Source of the DNA: Singulisphaera sp. PoT
GTDB taxonomy: Bacteria > Planctomycetota > Planctomycetia > Isosphaerales > Isosphaeraceae
Direction: 5' to 3'
NCBI RefSeq assembly: GCF_049331405.1
Contig: NZ_CP186274.1
Location: forward strand, 2,704,367 to 2,768,366
Length of the DNA: 64,000 nt
Under the pieces are notes generated by a model. It did no database searches. It was given only the letters and a program-made list of their open reading frames with translations, and had not been told where the DNA came from. Positions 28,600 to 36,767 of the stretch are shown piece by piece; the first letter of the stretch is position 1, and the number at the start of each line of letters is the position of its first letter. The position numbers and the translations under genes are program-made.

Positions 28600-29121
28600 T
28601 TGAGCCAGAATCGTGGCCGGAAGAAGAAAGCTCACACGAGCCTGGAAATCCCCGTCACGCCCATGCTCGACATGGCCTTCCAGTTGCTCACCTTCTTCAT
28701 CCTGACCTATCACCCGATGCCGTCCGAGGTCCAGTTCGTCATGAACCTGATGCCGGCGGCCCCCGCCACCGACATCAACGCCCAGCAGCCCGAGGCGGCC
28801 GAGGCCAATCCCGACCTCCCCGCCTCGCTCAAGACCCTGGAGACCACCTTGCGGGCCGGGGAAGGGGGCTCGCTCGGCCGGATCATCCTCGGTGAGAATG
28901 AGATCCAGGGGGGCCTCGACGCCCTGAAACGCGAGCTCGACGCCAACTTGACCGACCCGACCCTCCCCTTCGAGCAGACCCTGCTGAAGGTCGACCCCGA
29001 GCTCAAGTACGACGCCTTGATGAAGGTGATCGACGTCTTCTCCAAGGCCTTCTCAGACGCGAAGAAGGAGCCCAAGGTCGCCTTCGCCGAGCTGAGCGCC
29101 GAGGAGAAGGCCGCGCAGTGA
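28600..29121 (+). CDS. ExbD/TolR-family protein (cassette 1, type b)
   Basis: Signature segment IPVTPMLDMAFQLLTFFILTYHP. Confidence 0.9.
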   Translation: MSQNRGRKKKAHTSLEIPVTPMLDMAFQLLTFFILTYHPMPSEVQFVMNLMPAAPATDINAQQPEAAEANPDLPASLKTLETTLRAGEGGSLGRIILGENEIQGGLDALKRELDANLTDPTLPFEQTLLKVDPELKYDALMKVIDVFSKAFSDAKKEPKVAFAELSAEEKAAQ

Positions 29122-29200
29122 TCGCCCGGCAACCCTGCGGGATCGGGCCCTCGGGGCGTCGGGCAACGCCAACACGGAGCGTCCGGGGAAGAGGGCCGTC

Positions 29201-30097
29201 ATGAGCCAGTCGAACACGTTCTTCCGCGGGTCGGAGTTCCCGAGGCTCCTCGTCCTGCTCGCGATCCTCGTCGGCGGCTCGGCCCTGCTCTACGCCTACC
29301 TCTACGACCGCGACAAGGGGATCGACGGCGGCCCCGTGGCCACCGTCCCCCTCACGCCGATCGTGCCGGACAGGTCGACCGAGTTCGAGACGGTCGAGGA
29401 TAAGACCTCGATCGGCCTCCGCGACATGGCGGCCTACAAGAAGCTCCTGCAGCAGGCCGAGAAGCGCACGCCGGTCGAGCTCGACAAGGAGAGCCGACGC
29501 GACGTCCTCTCGATCCAGATCTGGGAGCATCCCAACAGCTACCGAGGCGTGCCCATCCACATCCTCGGCACCGTCCTCCGCGTCATGACCTACGAGAGCA
29601 AGCTCGTCCCCTCGGGCCGCCTGTACGAGGCCTGGATGGTGACCTCCGACAGCCAGCGCAACTTCTATGTCTGCGTCTTCGAGGACGCGCCGAAAGGGTT
29701 CCCGGTCGGCGACAACATCTCGGAGCGGGTGGTCTTCAACGGCTACTTCCTCAAGCTGATGAAGTACCAGTCGGGCAAGGACCTGGGCTACTACTCCTCG
29801 CCCGTCCTGATCGGCCGGATCGGCTGGAACGCCCCCACCAAGGCTCCCGCCGACAAAACGCCCGGCCCGGTGAAGTGGATGGCCGTCGCCGTGGCCCTGA
29901 TGTTCGTCCTCTCATTCTTCCGCTGGCTAGGGGGCCTGCGCAAGTCCTTCGCCCCGAGGTCGATCGCTTCGACCCTCCGCGAGCGCCCCACCGAAGAGAT
30001 CTCGCCCGAGGACCTCGCCGCCTGGGTCCAGAGCGTCCCGCAAGAGGAAGCCGAGATCGGCGAGGACGAGCCGCCTCGCCACGACGGCAAGGCCTGA
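29201..30097 (+). CDS. Conserved two-TM protein of unknown function that terminates the ExbB/ExbD cassette (paralog of 42464..43180)
   Basis: N-terminal TM (LLVLLAILVGGSALLYAYLY), periplasmic beta-rich domain with motif YEAWMVTSDSQRNFYVCVFED…FNGYFLKLMKYQSG, and a C-terminal TM. Confidence 0.7.
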   Translation: MSQSNTFFRGSEFPRLLVLLAILVGGSALLYAYLYDRDKGIDGGPVATVPLTPIVPDRSTEFETVEDKTSIGLRDMAAYKKLLQQAEKRTPVELDKESRRDVLSIQIWEHPNSYRGVPIHILGTVLRVMTYESKLVPSGRLYEAWMVTSDSQRNFYVCVFEDAPKGFPVGDNISERVVFNGYFLKLMKYQSGKDLGYYSSPVLIGRIGWNAPTKAPADKTPGPVKWMAVAVALMFVLSFFRWLGGLRKSFAPRSIASTLRERPTEEISPEDLAAWVQSVPQEEAEIGEDEPPRHDGKA

Positions 30098-30363
30098 TCG
30101 CCCGGCTTCCGCCCATCGAACCGCAAGCATTCCTTCCTGCATCGAACTTCGATCGACCGTAGACAGCTCGTTCGCGTCCCACAAATAACACACATGTCGA
30201 ACAAAAATATCATCAATTCTATCCATAAAGTCATAATTCTTTACGAACCGAAGTATTCAGCGATCTCCGGTATGACTTGGTCGCGCACTCCCTTCAAAGT
30301 CTGTGGATTTAATCCCAAGGATCGAATGCGAGGGTTTGGAAAAGCGGGGCGTTTCGCGGAGGC

Positions 30364-30392
30364 TTGACAGTGCGAGTGATCGGCCTTATGGT
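30364..30392 (+). promoter_or_regulatory. Sigma70-like promoter: TTGACA - 17 nt - TATGGT, ~55 nt upstream of the ATPase-SPFH start
   Basis: Read directly. A ~150-bp AT-rich block (30180..30330) lies just upstream. Confidence 0.5.
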
Positions 30393-30448
30393 CGAGTTTT
30401 CTTTGTCTCGCCCGCCGCGAACGATTCCCACCGCCTGGGGCTAACGGG

Positions 30449-33400
30449 ATGCACCGCGAATATCATCCCGCCGACATGCACCGACTGCGTGCGCACGCCT
30501 TCGAGGGAGAAGGCGGAGGGGAACCCGGCCGTCGCGAGGATCATCGGGGCCTCTATGCCCTGACGACCATCCTGGGGTTGCTGATCGGCGGGGACATCCT
30601 CTTCGCGTACCTCGGCCTGGAGTCCTGGAGGGCCCCGGCGGGCATCTCGCTGGTCAAGGCCGCCGCGATCCTGGGGGGGATCCGCATCGTCTACGGGGCC
30701 CTTGAGGCCCTCGCCCAGAAGCGCATCGGCGCCGATCTCGCGCTGGCCCAGGCGTGCATCGCCGCGTTGGTGATCGGCCAGCCGTTCGTCGCCGCCGAGG
30801 TCGTCTTCATCGCGTTGGTGGGGGAGGTCCTTGAGGCCCTCACCTTCGAGCGGACCCAACGCGCGATCCATCGCCTGCTCGATCAGGCCCCGCGCACGGC
30901 TCGAATACGCCGCGACGGCCGGGAGCACGAGATCGAGGCCCGGTATGTCGCCGAGGGGGACACGGTCATCGTCCGGCCCGGCGAGCGGATCCCGGTGGAC
31001 GGGCCGGTCCTCGTCGGGCGATCCTCCGTGGACCAGGCGGCGCTCACGGGGGAGTCGCACCCGGTCGACAAGGGGGTCGGAGACCCGGCCTTCTCGGGCA
31101 CGATCAACCAGTTCGGCGTCCTGGAGATCCGGGCGGAGAAGGTCGGCCACGAAACGACCCTGGGCCAGGTGTTGCGCCTGGTAGCCGAGGCGCAGCAGCG
31201 CAAGGCTCCGATCCAGAAGACGGCCGACCGGCTCGCCGGCTACTTCCTCCCGGTCGTCGAGAGTGTCGCCGCCCTGACGCTAATTTTCGGGTACCTCCTG
31301 CGCTGGCCCGACGTCTGGATGAGGACGGTCGCCGTGCTGGTGGTGGCCTGCCCGTGTGCCCTGGTCCTGGCCACGCCGGCCGCCATCCTCGCGAGCATGG
31401 CCTGGCTGGCGCGGCATGGCATCCTCATCAAGGGGGGCGAGGCGCTCGAACGGCTGGCCGCCTGCGACACGTTCGCGTTCGACAAGACCGGCACCCTGAC
31501 ACTGGGCCGGCCCGAGGTCACGAGCCTCGTCCCGCTCGACGGCTGGACCGAGGCCGAGATCCTGACCCTCGCCGCGATCGCCGAGTCGTCGAACCCGCAT
31601 CCGCTGGCCGTGGCGATCGTCGAGGAAGCCCGTCGGCGCGGCCTGAAACCGGGGACCGCCACCGAGGTCCTCGCCCAGCCCGGGGCGGGGGTCTCGTCCC
31701 GCTGCCAGCTCGACGCCGGGGGCTCGATCGCGGTCCTCGTGGGCAATCAGCGGCTCTTGAATGAACATGCGATCGAGATTTCAAACGAGGCGGCCGACGC
31801 CCTCCAGGCCCTCGACGCCCGCGGCGATACACCGCTTTTGGTCGCGGTCGAGGGGAAGCTCGCGGGCATCCTCGGGGCGCGCGACCGGATCCGCCCCGAG
31901 GCCCAGGGGGTCGTCTCCGAGCTGAAAGCCCTGGGCTTCCGCGAGGTCGCCATCCTGACCGGCGACCGCGCCGCGGCGGCCGAGGTCGTCGCCAGGAAGA
32001 CGCAGGCCACGAGCGTCGAGGCGGGCCTGCTCCCCGCCGACAAGGCGCACTGGGTCCAGGAACGTCAATCGGCCGGCAAGCGCGTGGCGATGGTCGGGGA
32101 TGGGATCAACGACGCCCCGGCGCTCGCGGGGGCCCACGTCGGGATCGCCCTCGGCGGGATCGGGGCCGACCTCGCGGCCGAGGCCGGCGACTTCGTCGTG
32201 CTCGGCGAACCCCTGGCCTGGCTCCCGGAACTCGTGCAGCTCTCGCGATCGACGGTCGCCGTCATCCGCCAGAACATCCTCATCTTTGCATTCACATTGA
32301 ACGCTGTTGCGATGGGGCTGGCCGCCCTGGGGATCCTGGGGCCGGTGCCGGCGGCGATCCTGCACCAGGCGGGGTCGCTGCTCGTCCTGCTGAACGCCAT
32401 GAGGCTCCTGGCGTTCGGGGAATGGAGACGACTCAGGCCCTTCCATCGGATCAACTCGCTCCTCGAATGGATGGCAAGGATCGACGACCGCCTCGATCCG
32501 ACGGATTACCTGGGTCGCCTGCTCTCGCACTGGCGAGGTTTCGTCGCCCTGATGGTTGCAGTGCTAATCGCCCTGGGCCTGACCTCGGGCTGGACGGCCA
32601 TAGGCCCTGGCGAGGTGGGGCTCGTCCAGCGGCAGGGGCGTTACTTGCGGGCGCTGGAGCCGGGACTCCACCTGCGCTGGCCCCCGCCGTTCGAGCGCGT
32701 GGTCCGGCTCCGGCCCGATCGGCTGAGGAGCCTCGAACTCGGCTTCCGCTCGAACGAAGGAGGCGACTCGGGGCCGGTGCGGTGGGAGTCGCGGCACGAC
32801 CGAGGCGCCGTCGCCCGAGCCGAGGACGAGTCCCTCCTGCTCACGGGCGATGGCCAGCTCGTCGAGCTCGCCGCGACGGCGCAGTACCGGCTCGATACAT
32901 CAAAGCCCGAGTCGCTGCGATCCTACGCCTTCGCCATCGCCGAGCCCGACCGCGCATTGCGTCCTCTCGGCGAATCGGCGATCCGCGCGGTCGTGGGGCG
33001 TCTGACGCTCAACGATTTGCTGACCACGGGGCGACAATCCGCCGAGAAATCGGCCGTGAGCTTGCTCCAGGAGCGGGCGGATCGCTACGGCATGGGGCTG
33101 TTCATCGCGGGGGTCGAATTCCAGGATGTTCATCCCCCGCTGCCGGTGGTGGACGCCTACCGCGACGTCTCCCGGGCCGAGAGCGAACGGGCCAAGCGCG
33201 ACAACGACGGCAAGGCCTACGAGGCCAAGGTCGTCGCCGAGGCCCAAGGCCGTGCCGACGCACTCCGCAACCAGGCCCTCGCCGCGATGTCTTCGCGTGT
33301 GACCCGTGCAGACGCGGAGTCGAGCACCTTCCTCGACCTGCTCTCCGCTCGTTCGACGGCCCCCGCGCTGACCGACCTCCGGCTCTATTGGGAGCGGATC

Positions 33401-33553
33401 GAGGAGTCGCTCGCTGGCAAGTCGAAGGTCGTCACGGAGCCCGACTCCACCGGCCGACGGATCCGGATGATCCCCGACCTCCCCTTCGAGGGCCGGGCCC
33501 TCGCCCCCGAGCCTAATCCCACCCCCGACCCCTCGGCTCGGAGAACGCCATGA
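30449..33553 (+). CDS. P1B-type heavy-metal-translocating P-type ATPase fused in-frame to a C-terminal transmembrane helix plus SPFH/band-7 (HflK-like) domain
   Basis: ATPase motifs: TGES (actuator), CPC in TM6 (VACPCALVLATP), DKTGTLT, GDGINDAPAL, and a TM8 HQAGSLLVLLNAMRLL. After residue ~640 comes a new TM (FVALMVAVLIALGL) and an HflK-type SPFH domain (GPGEVGLVQRQGRYLRALEPGLHLRWPPPFERVV…). There is no N-terminal CxxC HMA domain; the N-terminus is His-rich. Confidence 0.85.
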   Translation: MHREYHPADMHRLRAHAFEGEGGGEPGRREDHRGLYALTTILGLLIGGDILFAYLGLESWRAPAGISLVKAAAILGGIRIVYGALEALAQKRIGADLALAQACIAALVIGQPFVAAEVVFIALVGEVLEALTFERTQRAIHRLLDQAPRTARIRRDGREHEIEARYVAEGDTVIVRPGERIPVDGPVLVGRSSVDQAALTGESHPVDKGVGDPAFSGTINQFGVLEIRAEKVGHETTLGQVLRLVAEAQQRKAPIQKTADRLAGYFLPVVESVAALTLIFGYLLRWPDVWMRTVAVLVVACPCALVLATPAAILASMAWLARHGILIKGGEALERLAACDTFAFDKTGTLTLGRPEVTSLVPLDGWTEAEILTLAAIAESSNPHPLAVAIVEEARRRGLKPGTATEVLAQPGAGVSSRCQLDAGGSIAVLVGNQRLLNEHAIEISNEAADALQALDARGDTPLLVAVEGKLAGILGARDRIRPEAQGVVSELKALGFREVAILTGDRAAAAEVVARKTQATSVEAGLLPADKAHWVQERQSAGKRVAMVGDGINDAPALAGAHVGIALGGIGADLAAEAGDFVVLGEPLAWLPELVQLSRSTVAVIRQNILIFAFTLNAVAMGLAALGILGPVPAAILHQAGSLLVLLNAMRLLAFGEWRRLRPFHRINSLLEWMARIDDRLDPTDYLGRLLSHWRGFVALMVAVLIALGLTSGWTAIGPGEVGLVQRQGRYLRALEPGLHLRWPPPFERVVRLRPDRLRSLELGFRSNEGGDSGPVRWESRHDRGAVARAEDESLLLTGDGQLVELAATAQYRLDTSKPESLRSYAFAIAEPDRALRPLGESAIRAVVGRLTLNDLLTTGRQSAEKSAVSLLQERADRYGMGLFIAGVEFQDVHPPLPVVDAYRDVSRAESERAKRDNDGKAYEAKVVAEAQGRADALRNQALAAMSSRVTRADAESSTFLDLLSARSTAPALTDLRLYWERIEESLAGKSKVVTEPDSTGRRIRMIPDLPFEGRALAPEPNPTPDPSARRTP

Positions 33554-33873
33554 ACGCGATCGCCCCGGCCATCCGCCTGCGATTCACCCTGGCCCAGTTG
33601 CTGTCCCTGGTCATCCTGAGCACCCTCTGCATGGCCCCGCTGATGGCCTCGCTCAAGTCGGGGAAGGGAATGCTCATCCTCGCGGCCGTCACGCTCGACG
33701 TCTTCATCGCCCCGATGATCGAGACGGTCATCGTGATGGCCTATGTCCGCTCGCCCGAGCGTCGCGATTGGATCGTCCGAGCAATCTGGGTGATCCCCGC
33801 GCTGTTCGTGGGGGCCTTCCTGACCGTCCTGGTTCCGATCCTGCTGTTCGTCAACGACCCGTTCTCGCGCTGA
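33550..33873 (+). CDS. Small polytopic membrane protein (107 aa), translationally coupled (ATGA) to the ATPase-SPFH gene
   Basis: Three predicted TM helices. Its start codon overlaps the upstream stop codon. Confidence 0.5.
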   Translation: MNAIAPAIRLRFTLAQLLSLVILSTLCMAPLMASLKSGKGMLILAAVTLDVFIAPMIETVIVMAYVRSPERRDWIVRAIWVIPALFVGAFLTVLVPILLFVNDPFSR

Positions 33874-33927
33874 GGTTTGCCTCGCGAGCCGCAACAGAAT
33901 CTGTCGAGCTTCCCCGAGACCTCCGCA

Positions 33928-34881
33928 ATGACACGCCCCTTCCGCTGGCTGACTGCCCTCATCGTGCTCGGCCTCGTCGCGCTCTTCGGTTTCCGAGGTT
34001 GGGTCATCGTCGACGAGACCGAGTACGCGGTGATCACCGACTTCGGCCGGATCGTGAAGGTCTACGGGGCGGAGCCGGGGTTGCACGCCAAATGGCCCTG
34101 GCAGTCGGTGGAGACCATCGACCGCCGACTCCAGGTGTTCGACCCGCCCCCTCGCGAGATGATCACGGGGGATAAGCGGAACCTCGAGGTCTCCAGCTAC
34201 GTCGTCTGGCGCGTGGCCGACGCCGTCCGCTTCCTACGCTCGGCGGCGACCCTCGAGACGGCGGAAGCCCGCCTCAACGAGCGGGTGACCGCCGCACTGA
34301 GTCATGCGGTAGGGAGCCGCGAACTCCGGACGCTCGCCTCCACCGATCCAAAGGTCTGGAAGCTCGACGCGATCACCGAGGAGGTCCGCACGAGCATCGC
34401 CCCGGGCGCCCGCGAGGAACTCGGGGTCGAGGTCGTCGACGTGAGGCTCCGTCGCTTCAACCATCCGACGGAAGTCCGGCCCGCGATCTTCGAGCTGATC
34501 AGGAGCGAGCGGAAGCAGGTCGCGGCGAGCCTCCGGGCCGAGGGCGAGGCCCGCTACCTCTCCCTCACGAGCCAGGCCGACCGCCAGCGCGACACCATCC
34601 TCGCCGAGGCCGAGGCGGAGGCCGAGCGGATCAGGGGCCAGGCCGAATCCGAGTCGACCCGGATCTACAACAAGGCCCACTCCCAGGACCCGAAGTTCTA
34701 CGAGTTCGTGCGGACGCTCGAGTCGTACCGGGCCTTACTCGACGAAAAGGCTACCGTCGTCCTCTCGTCCGCGAGTCCGCTGCTCCGGCTCCTGACTCAA
34801 GGGCCCTCCGAGGACCTACTCCGGGGTCCCGCCCGCGATAAGGCGGCGGTGACGCCCTCGCCGACTGAGACAAAGCCATGA
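33928..34881 (+). CDS. SPFH/band-7 protein, HflC-like
   Basis: N-terminal TM, then VIVDETEYAVITDFGRIVKVYGAEPGLHAKWPWQSVETIDRRLQVFD (HflC signature) and a coiled-coil tail. A TTG alternative start lies at 33877, directly after the upstream stop. Confidence 0.85.
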   Translation: MTRPFRWLTALIVLGLVALFGFRGWVIVDETEYAVITDFGRIVKVYGAEPGLHAKWPWQSVETIDRRLQVFDPPPREMITGDKRNLEVSSYVVWRVADAVRFLRSAATLETAEARLNERVTAALSHAVGSRELRTLASTDPKVWKLDAITEEVRTSIAPGAREELGVEVVDVRLRRFNHPTEVRPAIFELIRSERKQVAASLRAEGEARYLSLTSQADRQRDTILAEAEAEAERIRGQAESESTRIYNKAHSQDPKFYEFVRTLESYRALLDEKATVVLSSASPLLRLLTQGPSEDLLRGPARDKAAVTPSPTETKP

Positions 34882-35789
34882 GCCGGAACGTATTCCGCTG
34901 GCTCCTCGCGTCATTCGTCCTGGCGGCGATCGCCTACGGGCTGTCGGGGGTCGTCGTGGTCGCCCCCGGCGAGGTGGCCGTGGTCCGCAGGTTCGGCCGG
35001 GCGCTGGCGAGGCCCTTGCCGCCGGGTCCGCACTGGTTGCTCCCCGCGTGGATCGACCGGATCACGCGAGTCCGCACCGACACCGTGCGACGGCTCGAAG
35101 TCGGGCTCGTCGGCACGCCGGGGCCCGACGCCCTCGCCGACGACGGAGAATACATCACCGGCGACCTGAACATGCTGCGTGCGTCTGGCGTCGTGCAGTA
35201 CCGGGTATCCGACCCCATCGCGTTCACCCTCCGAGCCAAAGAGCTCGAACCGATCCTCACGCGGTTGATCGAATCGACCTTGAGCCGATCCCTGGCGCGA
35301 GTGTCCATCGACCTCGCGCTCCGGTCGGGCCGGGCCGAGATCGCCCGCGAGATGGAAGGGGAGCTCTCCCAGGCCGCCGCACGCTATGGCCTGGGGATCT
35401 CGATCCTGGGCGTGAGCCTCACCGAGGCCCGGCCCCCCGTCGAGGTCGCGCCCGACTTCGCCTCGGCCCAAGCCGCCCAGAGCGAACGCGACGGCCGGAT
35501 CCGCGAGGCCCAGACTTACGAGGCGACGGCTTTGACAGGTGCCAGGGCCTCGGCCCTGGCCACGAAGGAGAAGGCCAAATCACGGGCCGACCGCTCGCTC
35601 GCACTGGCGAAGGCCCGCGCAGCCCGTTTCGAGACGCTGCTGGCCGAGGCCTCGGGCTGGAGGCGATTGACGATCCGTCGGCTCTACCTCGACACCTTGC
35701 GAGAGCTCTGGCCGAAGGCCAAGCGCAAGATCATCACGAGCCCCGACGAGCCGGTCGACCTCAGCATCCTCGACGACACTCGTCAGTAA
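34878..35789 (+). CDS. SPFH/band-7 protein, HflK-like; start overlaps the HflC-like stop (ATGA)
   Basis: N-terminal TM, then VVAPGEVAVVRRFGRALARPLPPGPHWLLPAWIDRITRVRTD and a coiled-coil C-terminus. Confidence 0.85.
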   Translation: MSRNVFRWLLASFVLAAIAYGLSGVVVVAPGEVAVVRRFGRALARPLPPGPHWLLPAWIDRITRVRTDTVRRLEVGLVGTPGPDALADDGEYITGDLNMLRASGVVQYRVSDPIAFTLRAKELEPILTRLIESTLSRSLARVSIDLALRSGRAEIAREMEGELSQAAARYGLGISILGVSLTEARPPVEVAPDFASAQAAQSERDGRIREAQTYEATALTGARASALATKEKAKSRADRSLALAKARAARFETLLAEASGWRRLTIRRLYLDTLRELWPKAKRKIITSPDEPVDLSILDDTRQ

Positions 35790-35792
35790 GGC

Positions 35793-36617
35793 TCAGCGCC
35801 CGCCTCGAGGGCGCTGACCGCCCCCCGATGGACGCGACCGCGGCTGGGACGATCCCGACTCTTCCCAGGCATCGAGGTCGCACCAGGGGCCTCGGCTCCG
35901 GAACGTGGGTAGCGGGAGGCTGTTGGCGGCGTTGAGGGCCTCGGAGCGGGTGAGGCCGTCGCGACGGATCGCCGTGCCCCGGAAGATGCGGAGGCCCCGG
36001 CTGCGCGCCAGGATCTCGCGCCGGGAGCGGCCCTCGGGGGCGTCGGGCCAGGGGTCGGGATGTTCCGCAAACTCGAAGAAGACCGGGATGACCTTCTTGA
36101 TGAATTCCCAGTAGTCGGGGTTATCCGTCTGGATGACGAAGAGCCCGCCGGGCGCGAGGCCCCTGTGGAGGTCGGCGAGGAATTTCGGGGCGACCAGGCG
36201 CAGGTGGGCGCGGCGAGGGTCGTGGTAGGGTTGCGGGTGATAGAGGTGGGCCTCGGCCAGGCTCCCCTCGGGCACGTATTCGGAGACGAAGGACTGGCCG
36301 TCCCTGACGGCGAACCGGACGTGATGGAGGCCTCGCTGATTCCCGCGCCGGGTCGCGTAGCGGATCACGACGGGGAGCAGGTCGATGCCGATGTGGTCGC
36401 ACTCGGGGCGATTGAGGGCACTCAGGAGGGTATAGCGGCCGTTGCCGCAGCCGAGTTCGAGGACGACGGGGGCCTTCCTGCCGAAGATACCTTCCCAGTC
36501 GAGCGGGCCCGAGGGGGGCAGGTGCTTGATGGCCGTCCTGGCCCACTGGTCTTCGGGGAGGATCTGCCCGGGGATGGGGACGCCGAACTCCGTCTCGATT
36601 TCGCCGGGGACTGGCAT
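35793..36617 (-). CDS. trmB: tRNA (guanine46-N7)-methyltransferase
   Basis: SAM-binding motif VLELGCGNGRYTLLSA…HIGIDL and the conserved TrmB C-terminal half. Confidence 0.85.
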   Translation of the reverse strand: MPVPGEIETEFGVPIPGQILPEDQWARTAIKHLPPSGPLDWEGIFGRKAPVVLELGCGNGRYTLLSALNRPECDHIGIDLLPVVIRYATRRGNQRGLHHVRFAVRDGQSFVSEYVPEGSLAEAHLYHPQPYHDPRRAHLRLVAPKFLADLHRGLAPGGLFVIQTDNPDYWEFIKKVIPVFFEFAEHPDPWPDAPEGRSRREILARSRGLRIFRGTAIRRDGLTRSEALNAANSLPLPTFRSRGPWCDLDAWEESGSSQPRSRPSGGGQRPRGGR

Positions 36618-36767
36618 AACTCGTCGTCCTCTCTCGCGGTCGGCCGATGATCCGTCGGGGCTCGCCTCGGATGGCGGGGACTTTATCGCCCCCGTCCCGA
36701 AGGTCGCGTGCCGGTCCGACCCCCGAGATCAGGATAAAGCTGAGCCCGGGGGCCAGGATCGACTCGA

